Of a DNA stretch of 64,000 nucleotides, positions 1 through 10,433 are shown piece after piece. The translations under genes and the position numbers were made by a program. Below the pieces are notes generated by a model. That model did no database searches and was not told the origin of the DNA. It was given only the letters and a program-made list of their open reading frames with translations. The stretch lies in assembly GCF_056712565.1 (NCBI RefSeq), contig NZ_CM160072.1; one strand, written 5' to 3'. Numbering within the stretch: the stretch's first letter is position 1; every line of letters starts with the position of its first letter.

Positions 1-394
1 GACCAAGCGTTGGTGCGATTGTTGCTAACTGATTACTGGTTGCGGTGGAACCCAATCCACCTGTTGCTTCCGCTGCCGCCAGACTCTGATAGCGAGCCTG
101 ACCTGCAAGGTCTTTATACTGCTGAGAGTTGTAATACTGGTTAAGTGCCTGACCTTGCCCTTCCAGAGACGATAAGTTCTCAAGGCTGCCGACATACTTC
201 CCAGCCAGAGGAGTAAACAGCTTCAGGTTGTTCATGATGGTGTTGAACTGCTGATTTTGCAGGTCTGCGGCATACTTCTGAGCTTCTGCTGCATACTTTG
301 CGCTTTTATCAGAACTGCCACCTTTCCCGCCTTTTTCAGGGTAATAAGGTTCCTCGCCGCGCAGTTTTCTGCCCAGCGTAAATGCATATAACAT
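1..394 (-). CDS. DNA-ejection protein, P22 gp7-like (N-terminal ~131 codons; ORF runs off the window start)
   Basis: Own minus-strand translation from ATG 394..392: MLYAFTLGRKLRGEEPYYPEKGGKGGSSDKSAKYAAEAQKYAADLQNQQFN..., open to base 1. Matches my memory of the P22 gp7 N-terminus and the P22 order 14-7. Confidence 0.75.
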   Translation of the reverse strand, partial: MLYAFTLGRKLRGEEPYYPEKGGKGGSSDKSAKYAAEAQKYAADLQNQQFNTIMNNLKLFTPLAGKYVGSLENLSSLEGQGQALNQYYNSQQYKDLAGQARYQSLAAAEATGGLGSTATSNQLATIAPTLG

Positions 395-396
395 GG

Positions 397-852
397 CTAT
401 CTCCCGTGATTCAGGAAGTCGATTAGTTCTTCGCGTGTGGCGCTGTAAAACGTCACGTCATCCACGCCTTTGAAGTATTTCTTGATGGTTCCTACACGCT
501 TAAGGCCAATCATTGCGCAGTACATCTGCCCGTGGCGGAATTTGCGTGCAGCAAATGATGTGACGCACTGAACGGTGGTGTTGGTCAGAATGTATCGCCA
601 GAACGCCAGCCCTATTTCCTTGCTGAAGCCGCGAATCTCTGGCAGGTACATGGCGTGGCAATCGAATGTAAGCGGCTGAATCTCCTGATAGTAAACAATG
701 CCGCCAAACTGACCGTGCACGTTCACCTCAAAGTAACGGCAATCAGGTTTGTAGTCGTATCCATCACCGTTGTTGCTCCCGGCGATGATGTCAGGGTGAT
801 TTCCTACTGCTTCGATCAGGTCGATGTTTCGCGTTGGTTTGAATGTAATCAT
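397..852 (-). CDS. P22 gp14-like virion assembly accessory protein (151 aa)
   Basis: ORF track. Sits between the tail needle and gp7 as in P22, with a 1-nt start/stop overlap with the upstream gene. Confidence 0.65.
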   Translation of the reverse strand: MITFKPTRNIDLIEAVGNHPDIIAGSNNGDGYDYKPDCRYFEVNVHGQFGGIVYYQEIQPLTFDCHAMYLPEIRGFSKEIGLAFWRYILTNTTVQCVTSFAARKFRHGQMYCAMIGLKRVGTIKKYFKGVDDVTFYSATREELIDFLNHGR

Positions 853-1553
853 CAGTCAATCAGCCCATGTAATCTAAGTGCTGTTTCAAGCGCCAGAATA
901 CGCTGCCGCGCCTGCTCCAAACCTGTAGCGATAGCTGCGACTTCGGATTGTGTGTACGTAGTGCCGACCGTGTATGACTGGTTAGCGTTGAATGAGCCAA
1001 GAAGTGGTGTGCCTGTGGCCGCTGTCCATCCGGTCTGCCTTGCTCCAACGACCTGAATTCCATCAACTGAATATGATGTTTTTACATCCAGCGGTGACGC
1101 AAGAGACTGCGATTCTGTTACGGTTTTCGATACGTAATCACTCTTAATGTCAGATATATCGCTTTCTACGCCATCCAGTCTTTGGTCAACAGTGACCAGA
1201 TGCGCCTGAATATCGATAACCTCATCCAGCAAGTAATCAACATCGCTACGCAGTACAACTATCTTCCCTTCGGCGGTTGTTAACCTGACCTCAAGGAGAT
1301 TTATCGCTTTTGTGTTTGCGGTGATTCTTGCATCGTGGTCAGCCAGTTCGACATCCTGTTCATCGTTTTTCACCTGAGCATCGTAAGCGCCCTGACCAGC
1401 CTGATTTGCTTTCCCGGCAATTGCGCCGACATCAGCCCCCTGATTAATGACATACAGCAGGTAAGACTGGCTGAATATATTGCGTGGAAGGATTGATGTA
1501 TCGAGCCGCGTCGCCTGCACAATAACAGGGGTGTTGAGATTCGAATCAGCCAT
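852..1553 (-). CDS. Tail needle / cell-envelope penetrating protein, P22 gp26-like (233 aa)
   Basis: Internal start [25 protein letters not shown]... of the 267-aa ORF. The ATG overlaps the gp10 stop (TAATG at 1555..1551). N- and C-termini (..ALRLHGLID) match P22 gp26 from memory, with a coiled-coil middle. Confidence 0.85.
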   Translation of the reverse strand: MADSNLNTPVIVQATRLDTSILPRNIFSQSYLLYVINQGADVGAIAGKANQAGQGAYDAQVKNDEQDVELADHDARITANTKAINLLEVRLTTAEGKIVVLRSDVDYLLDEVIDIQAHLVTVDQRLDGVESDISDIKSDYVSKTVTESQSLASPLDVKTSYSVDGIQVVGARQTGWTAATGTPLLGSFNANQSYTVGTTYTQSEVAAIATGLEQARQRILALETALRLHGLID

Positions 1554-2971
1554 TACTCGATCCTTATCTGGCAGCCAGACAGAGTGACAGGTGACTTCGT
1601 GATAACGCGCAATTTGAAGCCGACATTTTTCCTGATGCGCCCGACTCGCTTCCACAAAACGCGTTTGTCGTAAACAAACGGTTCATTCTGCTCAATCATC
1701 TGCTCACGACCGTAATTGATGCCGTCAGTGGTTGCAGAGAGAAAAAGGCGGTCGGCGTACTGCGCAACGCCAGTTGAAGATTCAACTTCAAGGTCGAAAA
1801 CTCTGGCGTTATCCGCTTTGAACAGAGGAGTAAACAGCAGATGCTCCTGTTGCTTGTCGTACTGGCTGCTGATGTCGAATTGCAATTTCCCGGTCACGGA
1901 CTCCAGCTTATCGCCGCACGTTATCTGATTGCCTTCGTAAATGAAGTCGATAGCGCGGTACACATCGTCATACAGACCTGTTTTCAGTACACACCATTGC
2001 GGAGCATTGGCGCTTGAAGATGCGTCGTATACGAGGACATGGCGCGGAAGATGGATAATCAGCAGCTCATGCGCATCAAATCGCAGAGACTCCATCACAC
2101 CATCAGCCAGTTCATCAGCAGTGTAGGAGCGAAGAATTTTCTCAATGCTCGCGCTGGCGATTGGTGACACCTGCCCGGAACCGATGATGTATACAGACGG
2201 CGCACCTGTTGCCGGATTGCTGATGAACGCATAGGAATCAGCGAATGGCGTTTTGCAATAGGTTCCGGCGATGCCTTTTTGCACCATCAGTGATGGCTGT
2301 GCGACATACAAAGCAGCACCAACGGTGGTTGCGCCAGTCAGGGAGAAATATTCAATAGTCGATGAACCAAAGCAGACGATGAAGTCTCGCCATGTCCCGA
2401 TACCGATGATGCCGTCCGGCTGCGATTCTGCGCGATATTGTGCACTGTATCGGTCAGGGTGCGATTCGTCTTCAAGGTCAGTGATAAACCATGAATCAGT
2501 TCCGTCTTTTGACCACGCATAACGCCCACGTAAGCGAGTAATGTCGCGAACTGAACCTAACTCATACTGCGTGAATCCACTGTCTGTAGGCCAGTTTGAG
2601 ACGGTTTTAACCGTGCCATCATAACGATACTCGACCAGTTGACCATTAACGCCTACAGCCTGTGATGTTCGACCATGCGCCATTGATACGCGACCACTTC
2701 CGGCGACGTCACCGACTTCGCTTTCTCCTTTGTACAGCTTGCCGCCACACACGCGATAAACAGCACTCTGCGCCATGTTGTACTCGACGCCGCGCGATAT
2801 ACCATTCACATCAGAACGTTTGGCAATGCCCGGGAATGAGCGAAGATATCCGCTGCTGTTCAGGATTTCTTTGGGCGTAGCCAACATATTCACTGGCAGA
2901 TAGTCGATATAGTCGGCGTTTCGAAAGTCTTTGCCGACACCTTTCATAAGCGGAAGTTGCTGAATCGGCAT
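1553..2971 (-). CDS. Tail accessory / head-completion protein, P22 gp10-like (472 aa)
   Basis: ORF track. Same length as P22 gp10, and the N-terminus [33 protein letters not shown] is recognised. Confidence 0.85.
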   Translation of the reverse strand: MPIQQLPLMKGVGKDFRNADYIDYLPVNMLATPKEILNSSGYLRSFPGIAKRSDVNGISRGVEYNMAQSAVYRVCGGKLYKGESEVGDVAGSGRVSMAHGRTSQAVGVNGQLVEYRYDGTVKTVSNWPTDSGFTQYELGSVRDITRLRGRYAWSKDGTDSWFITDLEDESHPDRYSAQYRAESQPDGIIGIGTWRDFIVCFGSSTIEYFSLTGATTVGAALYVAQPSLMVQKGIAGTYCKTPFADSYAFISNPATGAPSVYIIGSGQVSPIASASIEKILRSYTADELADGVMESLRFDAHELLIIHLPRHVLVYDASSSANAPQWCVLKTGLYDDVYRAIDFIYEGNQITCGDKLESVTGKLQFDISSQYDKQQEHLLFTPLFKADNARVFDLEVESSTGVAQYADRLFLSATTDGINYGREQMIEQNEPFVYDKRVLWKRVGRIRKNVGFKLRVITKSPVTLSGCQIRIE

Positions 2972-2980
2972 TTATTCACC

Positions 2981-3442
2981 TCACGTACTCGGATCATCTT
3001 TCTCGATGTAAAACCGATTCCACGTAAACGCGCTTTTGTTACCACTACCGCGAGGCATGTCATTTCGCCGCTCAAGTGGTGGTATTTTGGTTAAAGCGAT
3101 ACAGATTGTCTGATATGCACTGTCAGCAGCGGTAAGGAGAGCGTCTGACGGCTGAATGACGTTATCCATGCACACTTGCACAGCGAGTTTCAAAGCGACG
3201 CCATCATTTGCCCATGCAGGGATGCCTGAATCATCGTCAGGTAACGGCATGATGCCGTTTTCTGTATCAGCAAACTGATACCCAAGCTCGATACCTTTCG
3301 CCTGCCATGCTGCCATCATGTCTTCGAGGTCATTAATGGCATCTTCAATTGCCTGAGGGTCAGCATCTGTCAACGTGGCATTGGAATACAGCCCGGCTTT
3401 TCGTAAAGCCTTTAGAACGAGATCACCCTTCGTTTTCGCCAT
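2981..3442 (-). CDS. Head-tail adaptor, P22 gp4-like (153 aa)
   Basis: ORF track. The TKGDLV..ALRK.G...LTD..PQ...DA..DLE.MMA.W pattern is as in P22 gp4; sits upstream of gp10. Confidence 0.75.
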   Translation of the reverse strand: MAKTKGDLVLKALRKAGLYSNATLTDADPQAIEDAINDLEDMMAAWQAKGIELGYQFADTENGIMPLPDDDSGIPAWANDGVALKLAVQVCMDNVIQPSDALLTAADSAYQTICIALTKIPPLERRNDMPRGSGNKSAFTWNRFYIEKDDPST

Positions 3443-3611
3443 CTTCTTCCGCCTTAGCCACTTTTTGCTTCGTTGCGGTTTCTTCAGGAGTTTTTACCCA
3501 ACCTTTTTTCAGGTGAGATTTAACTTCTTCGTCATCAACAATGATGTAATCGACAGCAAACTGACCGCAGGTGATCATGTTGCCTGGCTTATAGAGCATT
3601 GTTCGTGCCAT
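3423..3611 (-). CDS. Small conserved hypothetical protein (62 aa) between coat and gp4 (same slot as P22 orf69)
   Basis: Internal ATG 3611..3609 (MARTMLYKPGNMITCGQFAV...) with an upstream GGAGAAG SD. The longer 75-aa track ORF starts inside the coat terminator. Confidence 0.5.
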   Translation of the reverse strand: MARTMLYKPGNMITCGQFAVDYIIVDDEEVKSHLKKGWVKTPEETATKQKVAKAEEDGENEG

Positions 3612-3621
3612 TGTCTTCTCC

Positions 3622-3645
3622 CAATAAAAATGGGGCCGAAGCCCC
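3622..3645 (-). terminator. Intrinsic terminator/attenuator immediately after the coat gene
   Basis: Minus strand reads GGGGC-TTCG-GCCCC followed by ATTTTTATT, 8 nt after the coat stop. Confidence 0.55.
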
Positions 3646-3652
3646 ACCAAAA

Positions 3653-4906
3653 TTACTGCCCAGCAATAACGATGCCCGTATATTCAGGAACCAGTACAGA
3701 GCAACCGTACAGAGTGGTGAAACGCGCAGTGGTTACGCCTTTGATGTGGTCGAAGGAGTAAGACATGATCAGCGTAGCGCCCTGCTCGGTGGTTGCTGTC
3801 ATTACCTGTGGACCCTGACCAGTTGGGAACGCCAGTTTGCCGTACATCAGTTCAACAGAACCATCAGCCCAGAACAGGTTAGCAGGTGCTGCGTTCTTGT
3901 TGAGAATGGTGATTGCTGCTGATTCTGCCGGTTTGGCATCGACGTTTGCATATGGACGACTCGCAACATCAGTATTTTCAACAGGGAGAATCTTTGGAGA
4001 AATTGTTACGGTAGTTCCGCTAACAGCCAGAACACGGAATACCTGCGGTTGACCGGTGGTATCTTTTGTGATCTGGTGTACGGAATTCACACCGGCAATG
4101 GTGAACGCATCACCAACCTGCAAGCCAGATGCAGATACCGTAATAGTCCCCTGTCGGTTATCAACTGGCATACCATTTGAATCTTTCGCTTCAACCTTGT
4201 GTTCAGGTTGGCCTGATACTGTCAAGGATTCAGTGCTTCCTTTCGGTAATCGACCAGAAATATCGGTCTTGTAGCTATCAAAGGAAGCAACCGGAGGGAT
4301 CTGCGCTTTTTCGTATGCTGTCAGGGTTGCGCCCTGAGCGTAGGCTCGGTGACCAAGCTCGCCAGCAAGGTCTTTGTAGTTGAAGGGGTTCCAAAAAGAG
4401 CGGCGGTTGATACCCTGTGGCACACCAATCGCCGTCATGGTGGCATCAATACCTGCCGCACAGTTCCACAAATCACGGCCCTGTGAACCAGTGGTTGAGT
4501 CAGCCATTGTGATCACGTTAGTAGCACGCTGCGTGACCATGGAAATCAGGTCAGAGTCAATCTGTGCAGCAAGGCGCATACCTGCGGCGCGACCAGCTTC
4601 AGTTTTATGCTCAGGGTCACGCATTTCACGCGCATCCAGAGTGTACAGAATGTTTTTCGGCTCCTTGAACACTGAAGGAACAAGGCGCTGAACCAGTGCT
4701 GTTGGCGTTTTGCTGCTGAGGTCGAGGCCTTCCTCAATGTTCATGTGGTAATGCTGCGGACGATACAGAACATCACCTGCTCGCTGCATTGCTGTATCAC
4801 CGGGACGGAATTTTTTAGCGTTACGGGAAACTACGCAGGCGGCCTCAAAGCCTTCAACGTAGTTTTCGAACATGATTTCAAGGTCTTTTGCTAATTGGTT
4901 ATCCAT
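3653..4906 (-). CDS. Major capsid (coat) protein, P22-like phage family, non-P22 sequence type (417 aa)
   Basis: ORF track. Sits after the scaffold gene, with size and composition typical of P22-group coat proteins carrying an insertion domain. Confidence 0.85.
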   Translation of the reverse strand: MDNQLAKDLEIMFENYVEGFEAACVVSRNAKKFRPGDTAMQRAGDVLYRPQHYHMNIEEGLDLSSKTPTALVQRLVPSVFKEPKNILYTLDAREMRDPEHKTEAGRAAGMRLAAQIDSDLISMVTQRATNVITMADSTTGSQGRDLWNCAAGIDATMTAIGVPQGINRRSFWNPFNYKDLAGELGHRAYAQGATLTAYEKAQIPPVASFDSYKTDISGRLPKGSTESLTVSGQPEHKVEAKDSNGMPVDNRQGTITVSASGLQVGDAFTIAGVNSVHQITKDTTGQPQVFRVLAVSGTTVTISPKILPVENTDVASRPYANVDAKPAESAAITILNKNAAPANLFWADGSVELMYGKLAFPTGQGPQVMTATTEQGATLIMSYSFDHIKGVTTARFTTLYGCSVLVPEYTGIVIAGQ

Positions 4907-4924
4907 GCTTAATGCTCCGATAGG

Positions 4925-5818
4925 TTATTTTTTTGCCTTTTTAGCGGCGAAATACGGCGTCCAGTCACCAGTTTCCAGCGCCTTGGCTTTCAATTTGTCG
5001 AGGTTGTTGATTACTGCGCCGTTGCTCCCCTTAACCGTCGGGGTTGTGGCTGCCGTGGTTTTTGCTTTTGGCATGATTCTGGCCTTCGATTCGATACGTT
5101 CCAGCAGACGACCAATTGCTACGGGGTTGGTAGCTTCTGCCAGTTGCTTGCGCAGTTCAGCGTTGCGACCAAGCGCCAGAACAACGATTTCCGGCTTCTC
5201 TGACTCAAACAGGATCGCGTTTTGTGTCTCGATGGGGATTTCCTCGAGTACGGCCTGCTCAGCTTCCTGATAGCCAGGAACTTTGAGAGCCTTAACACGT
5301 TGCTGATATTTGGATAATCGCTCTTGATAGGCAGCCTGAAGCTCCTGCTCCTTCTGCTTGCGAGCCATCTCCTGTTGCTGGTACTTGCCATTATCCTCTG
5401 CCCACTTAGCCATGCGTTGCTGGTAGATTTCTTCATCGAAACCGATGTCCTCATCATCCAGTTTTGGCATTCGCGGTGGTTGAGTGATTACCGGCTGCTG
5501 CTCGACGGGTTTCTGAGACTGACGCATCAGCTCTTTCAGCTCGCGGTCTTTCTCTTTAATCGTCTTGCGCAGGTGTTTTACCAGTCCATGCTCAGCGCCA
5601 TCTTCGCTGGTTGGCGAATCCAGCTTTTCGTCACCAAAGTAGAATTCCTGTTCTGATTCGTCGTCATCAGTTTCAGTAGCCTCCTCTGCATCATTGCCTG
5701 AGGACTCACTGCCATCTTCTGTTTCGACTTTTTCAGCCAGTTCGACATCATCAGGAATCTGCTCTGACGCGTCGGTTTCGATTTCAACTTCTGGTGTGTT
5801 TTCTGCCATCTGGTCCAT
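4925..5818 (-). CDS. Scaffolding protein (297 aa)
   Basis: ORF track. Acidic N-terminus, long charged helical repeats and a basic C-terminal coat-binding tail; sits between portal and coat. Confidence 0.8.
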   Translation of the reverse strand: MDQMAENTPEVEIETDASEQIPDDVELAEKVETEDGSESSGNDAEEATETDDDESEQEFYFGDEKLDSPTSEDGAEHGLVKHLRKTIKEKDRELKELMRQSQKPVEQQPVITQPPRMPKLDDEDIGFDEEIYQQRMAKWAEDNGKYQQQEMARKQKEQELQAAYQERLSKYQQRVKALKVPGYQEAEQAVLEEIPIETQNAILFESEKPEIVVLALGRNAELRKQLAEATNPVAIGRLLERIESKARIMPKAKTTAATTPTVKGSNGAVINNLDKLKAKALETGDWTPYFAAKKAKK

Positions 5819-5908
5819 TTGTTACCCCTGTTTACTCGATGTTCAGCCCATCGGAAGGCAATAGGGTGCCAGGCCTCATAAAGACAGCCATTGCACGTTA
5901 TGGGTTAA

Positions 5909-8107
5909 TTACTGCTGTGGTTGTTGCTGAGTTGATTTTTGCAGGATGCTGCTGATGTCCATGCGCTGCGCATGGCCCTGTGCCTGACTTTTCAGGACAA
6001 GCTCTGCATCAGCACGGGCATTGTCTCCTTGCTGTTGCTGGAACTGTCCGAGCAGTTTCAGAGCCTCGCGGATATCAGATTTCTGCTGGCTATCGGCAGA
6101 TGCGAGGATTTTCACAACATTTGCCGCTGCAACCTGAGCATCAGTCTGTGCCTGGAATGCTTTAACCTGAATGGCTGCCTGCTCGTTCTGCGCTTTCTGC
6201 AATTCAGCCTGACCAGCAAGAAGCTGACCTTGCGCAGCAACCATAGCCGGATCTGGCTGACTGGCCTGTTGTTGTTTCGCCTGCTCAACCATCTGCTGTT
6301 CTTCTGGCGTTCTCGGCTTGATAACTCCAGACAGAAGCAACTGATTGCGGTTGTATTCTTTAAGGTCGTCCATCCCTTCGCCGTCCATATTGTCGAGGAT
6401 CATCGACGATACAAGGTCGTGTTTCGGCGTTCCGGGCGGGATAAGTGCCAGCATGGAAAGTAACGACTTAACCGTTGCGTCACGGCGAGTAGCGAACGAC
6501 TGACCGACATCGACAGTCACTTCATAGTTACCCTGCGAAAGGTCGTTAAGCGCGATAACCTGCCCTGTCTGACGGTCAACCACTTCACCAGTCATCAGCG
6601 CCACGTCATCGCTGCCGTCCTCATTAACGATACGCATCGGCGTATCGCTGCCATAGACTTCACGAGCCATAGAAAGCCACACAACGCCAGCGCGACGCAT
6701 GGATTTAGCCATGTTGTCCATGTAGATATAGGACTGCGTATCCATCCGGTTAAAGATGCTATCAACGGTATCGGTAGCAACGTTGCTCGGCATGTTCTCA
6801 AGCTGCGACGCACCTGTAATTTGCTGAATAGCCGTTCCGGTGTACTGCAATAGCCCGGCAAGAGCTGGAGGCATTTGTGTCGGAGGCGTATAACTGCTGA
6901 CCTGAGCCTGCGCAGTAATATCTCCGTTTTTGTTTTTCAGACTGACCATCGGCAGGAACGCCGGGCGCTTTTTGTTGCGCTCCGCCCAATGAGTGGCGAG
7001 AGGACCAGGAATCATGTCAACATCAACTACAGGAATGCCATCACCGCCAGCCTGAGTAGCGTTATCTGCAATCATGGAAACCATCAGGTTCTCAAGACGC
7101 TGTGCATCCATCGCTTTTGCTGCGTGGCCTTCGATTCGTTCCTGATTATCAACAAATGAGCGACGTCCATATACCGGGATGAGAGGAATATGTTCGCCCG
7201 GAATACGCTTCGGTTCTTCCAGCCATTCAGCGCCAGACAGAAGGCCGCAATAAACGCGGCGTTTCTTCACCGTTCGCTCGCCAATCAGTTCGAATGCACC
7301 ATCGGTCAGCTCGTCGACAATATCTTTGATTTGCTCTTCATCATAGATTGCCGTTTCTCCGCTAACAGGGTTGCGCCATGCCGTGAGCTTCACCTTCTCT
7401 ATGCGAACTTCGTAGTAGCGCCCAACATAGATGGCATCTGGCGTTGACCAGTCATATTGAGTGCCAGTCTCATCACGAGAAAGGCCTGCCGCGATGGAAT
7501 CAGGGTATTCAGCCTCGAACGCTTTAGGCGTCATGGAGAACATTTCCATAGCCCACATAGCATCAGAACGGTCATATTGCTTGCTGTCCTGATCGAAGAA
7601 GACGCATGTCGCTGGGTCGTAAACAGGAAGAAGGCTGATGCGTCGCTGCTCGTTACTTGGGTCCATTTCATCTTCGTAATCGGCACACATGCGGAAACAA
7701 CCGAATCCGCCCGTTACAGCATCATCAAATGCGTTATCACACGCTTCGCCACCTGATGTTTCCTGATAGTCAGCGCGGAATTTGCCGTTCATCTTTTTGG
7801 CTAACGCTTCCGATGCCTTGTCATCCTTCGGCCTGAATTTAACGCTGATGCGATTCTGTCGATACTCGCCAATGATGCGATCACATTCACGGGCAATCTT
7901 ATTCAGTTCAAAGCGCGGGTAATGCTCAAACCTGCCTTCATCAAATGAGTAACCAGCGTTTGTGCTGCCTTCCCACTGTGCGCCGGATACCCGGACGAAA
8001 CGTTGAGCCTCAATAATCTGCTCACGCATATCCTGCGTTGCTGACCAGGCATTATCAAAGTTGCACAGCACCTTGCGATGCCAGTCAGTCATCTTTTTTT
8101 CTGCCAT
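5909..8107 (-). CDS. Portal protein (732 aa) with a Q-rich C-terminal barrel
   Basis: ORF track. Size and position match P22 gp1/Sf6 portal, with a long Gln/Ala-rich helical C-terminus. Confidence 0.9.
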   Translation of the reverse strand: MAEKKMTDWHRKVLCNFDNAWSATQDMREQIIEAQRFVRVSGAQWEGSTNAGYSFDEGRFEHYPRFELNKIARECDRIIGEYRQNRISVKFRPKDDKASEALAKKMNGKFRADYQETSGGEACDNAFDDAVTGGFGCFRMCADYEDEMDPSNEQRRISLLPVYDPATCVFFDQDSKQYDRSDAMWAMEMFSMTPKAFEAEYPDSIAAGLSRDETGTQYDWSTPDAIYVGRYYEVRIEKVKLTAWRNPVSGETAIYDEEQIKDIVDELTDGAFELIGERTVKKRRVYCGLLSGAEWLEEPKRIPGEHIPLIPVYGRRSFVDNQERIEGHAAKAMDAQRLENLMVSMIADNATQAGGDGIPVVDVDMIPGPLATHWAERNKKRPAFLPMVSLKNKNGDITAQAQVSSYTPPTQMPPALAGLLQYTGTAIQQITGASQLENMPSNVATDTVDSIFNRMDTQSYIYMDNMAKSMRRAGVVWLSMAREVYGSDTPMRIVNEDGSDDVALMTGEVVDRQTGQVIALNDLSQGNYEVTVDVGQSFATRRDATVKSLLSMLALIPPGTPKHDLVSSMILDNMDGEGMDDLKEYNRNQLLLSGVIKPRTPEEQQMVEQAKQQQASQPDPAMVAAQGQLLAGQAELQKAQNEQAAIQVKAFQAQTDAQVAAANVVKILASADSQQKSDIREALKLLGQFQQQQGDNARADAELVLKSQAQGHAQRMDISSILQKSTQQQPQQ

Positions 8108-8108
8108 A

Positions 8109-9524
8109 TCAACCTACACCACAAGGAATTGAGTAACTGGAATAGTCGGGTTGCGCAGCCGACTCCGGGCAATGCATACACATCATCAGCGCATCAGCCA
8201 GGTTAGGAGATGGGATACCGAGCTTCTGCTTCATTTCGACCTTAGTCATAAGCTCCAGTTTCCCGTTATTATTGAATTTGCGCTGAATCTGCGTCAGTTC
8301 TGCAAACAGTTTCTCCAGCATCTTCTCGCCTATCGCTTCTTTGTCGAAGCTCAGCATGTCGTCGGGGTCTGCATACTCACCGTGGACAACCGCCCGATAT
8401 GTCAGATACAGCCTGTCAGCCAGCGCGTAATAGAATTGCGCTCGCTTATTGCGGAATACATCGCCAATAGTGCGAACGTTGTCACCCTGTACGACTTCAT
8501 CAGCCCATGCTCCGGCCTGATACGGAGCATCTTCATCGAATGGCGATTCGCTGCCCTTGAACATCGTGGCGGTAATTTTCTTGCCGGAGAATGCTTCCGT
8601 TGTCTGTCTGCGTAGCCCTGCACCGACACCATCGCCATCCCACAGGTAATGGTCAGCGCCGTCTTCAATCGCCAGCGAAGTAGCCCAGTCAGCACCCTCG
8701 TTGATGTCCATCAGCAGACCTTCGGCAATGCGCTTAACTACCGAACCGTGACGCGATGCATAACCTTTAGCATCTGGCCCTGTATCTGATGGGTCATGCG
8801 CAGAGACAACAGCGCCTTTCGCTTTCCATCCGAGTTTCTTGTGCGCATCGGTTGCGGCTTCAAGCCATTCACGTTTGATGATTGCCATATCACTTGCGCT
8901 TACTGGCTCACCAAGCCAGATGTGACGATACAGTGTCGGGTTTCTGCGTTTACACTCTTCCATCTCCAGACGGAGAACTTCAGGAAAGTGCGGGTTGTCG
9001 GTGTAGTTCACCGTCAGCAGACAAATATCATCGGGAGGGTTTACTACGAATCGCTGATAGGTATCGTCGAGGATGTTTTTCGGGTTGAAGCTCACCCATA
9101 TTTCGGAAAATGGCTTGCGGATGGTTGGTATCAGGATATCCCATGATTCCTTCGTTACCGCTTCCGCTTCCTCCACCCAGCAGATATCAATGCCTTCGAG
9201 CGATTTAATCTTCGTCGGGTTGTTTTTGATGCCGTAGAACATGAACTCAGCATTCGTCCCGAGATGACGAATCATGGAACGCTGAATTTCAAACTCAGCC
9301 GTATACCCTTCACGCTCTATGGTGTCTTCAAGCAGCCGGATTACCGAATCGCTGATACTGTTTTGCAGTTCACGAGCGCAGAGAATACGCACTGGCTGCC
9401 GACGCGCCGCTTCAACAAGCAGTCTCGCAATTGCCCATGATTTACCGCTACCTCGACCGCCTTTGGCGACTTTGTAGCGATGCGCCTCAATGAACGGTTC
9501 AAAGATAGGATTAATCGAGGTCAT
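8109..9524 (-). CDS. Terminase large subunit, Sf6 gp2-like (471 aa)
   Basis: The N-terminus MTSINPIFEPFIEAHRYKVAKGGRGSGKSWAIARLL (Walker A) and most of the length are recognised as Sf6 gp2-type. Confidence 0.9.
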   Translation of the reverse strand: MTSINPIFEPFIEAHRYKVAKGGRGSGKSWAIARLLVEAARRQPVRILCARELQNSISDSVIRLLEDTIEREGYTAEFEIQRSMIRHLGTNAEFMFYGIKNNPTKIKSLEGIDICWVEEAEAVTKESWDILIPTIRKPFSEIWVSFNPKNILDDTYQRFVVNPPDDICLLTVNYTDNPHFPEVLRLEMEECKRRNPTLYRHIWLGEPVSASDMAIIKREWLEAATDAHKKLGWKAKGAVVSAHDPSDTGPDAKGYASRHGSVVKRIAEGLLMDINEGADWATSLAIEDGADHYLWDGDGVGAGLRRQTTEAFSGKKITATMFKGSESPFDEDAPYQAGAWADEVVQGDNVRTIGDVFRNKRAQFYYALADRLYLTYRAVVHGEYADPDDMLSFDKEAIGEKMLEKLFAELTQIQRKFNNNGKLELMTKVEMKQKLGIPSPNLADALMMCMHCPESAAQPDYSSYSIPCGVG

Positions 9525-9961
9525 TTTCCGAATAGAGTACTCATCGGTGATGTTTCAATCTGGATTGCGCCGCCGTCTTTGCCTGTTAGCTCGTGATCAA
9601 CCTTGTCGCGCCATTTATCCTTCTGTCGGTTCTTAAGCCAGAAGATGGCAGCTGTTGTATCAGGCGGGTAATACTTCTCAAGAGGAGTTTCGACAATTCT
9701 GTTTTCAATAACACGAATATCGATGTCTGGAGCCACGAAGCCCATAGCGCGTTGATAAAGACGGTCACTAACTTCTGCATCAGCGACGGCCTTACCCTTT
9801 TTTATGGACTCCGAAAACTCAGGATAATCAAGCTTCCACTTGTTAATAGTTGACTCACTGACTTCGAAGAAATCAGCAAGCTCTGCATCGGTGTAGCCCA
9901 GCAAGCACAGTTTGCGTGCCTGTTCGGCATACGCCTCTTGATACTTTGTTGGGCGCGCCAT
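9521..9961 (-). CDS. Terminase small subunit (146 aa), Sf6 gp1-type C-terminus
   Basis: N-terminal HTH; the C-terminal ...TGKDGGAIQIETSPMSTLFGK is as in Sf6 gp1. ATGA overlap with TerL. Confidence 0.85.
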   Translation of the reverse strand: MARPTKYQEAYAEQARKLCLLGYTDAELADFFEVSESTINKWKLDYPEFSESIKKGKAVADAEVSDRLYQRAMGFVAPDIDIRVIENRIVETPLEKYYPPDTTAAIFWLKNRQKDKWRDKVDHELTGKDGGAIQIETSPMSTLFGK

Positions 9962-9963
9962 GT

Positions 9964-10206
9964 TTATGCTCCGGTGGTGAACAGGTCTAACGCTTCCTTC
10001 GATTTACGCACCGCTTCGATAGTGCGGGTCGTGATATCTGAATTAGCGCCGCCTGACTGGAAGTGAATTTTGAATAGCTCAAGCTTCAGTTCGTCAGTGC
10101 CAATGAACTGAAATGCTTCCTCTGCGGCTGCGTTCTGGTTCATGACCAGCTTGTAAATCTCTAACTGGAATTTCTGTTCTTCAGTCATGGGAATAATCTC
10201 TGCCAT
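9964..10206 (-). CDS. Hypothetical protein (80 aa), P22 orf80 position
   Basis: ORF track. Lies directly upstream of the small terminase, same length and slot as P22 orf80. Confidence 0.6.
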   Translation of the reverse strand: MAEIIPMTEEQKFQLEIYKLVMNQNAAAEEAFQFIGTDELKLELFKIHFQSGGANSDITTRTIEAVRKSKEALDLFTTGA

Positions 10207-10433
10207 TGTTGGCTCCGTTTATCCGTTAAAAGGGATATCAGTTAAGTTATCCCGTGTAGGGTATAAGCCATTGTCGAGACCACTCATTGAATGGTCTCTG
10301 CAATAACCGATGTCTTTCCATCAGTCCGCCACCACAAAGAATCTTTTTTGCCATAAGGCAGGAGGTTCATCTTTCAGTGGCTGCCAGTGTTATTTCCCCA
10401 CTTTCTGGCTTGGGTTGTTTCGCTGTACTGCCG

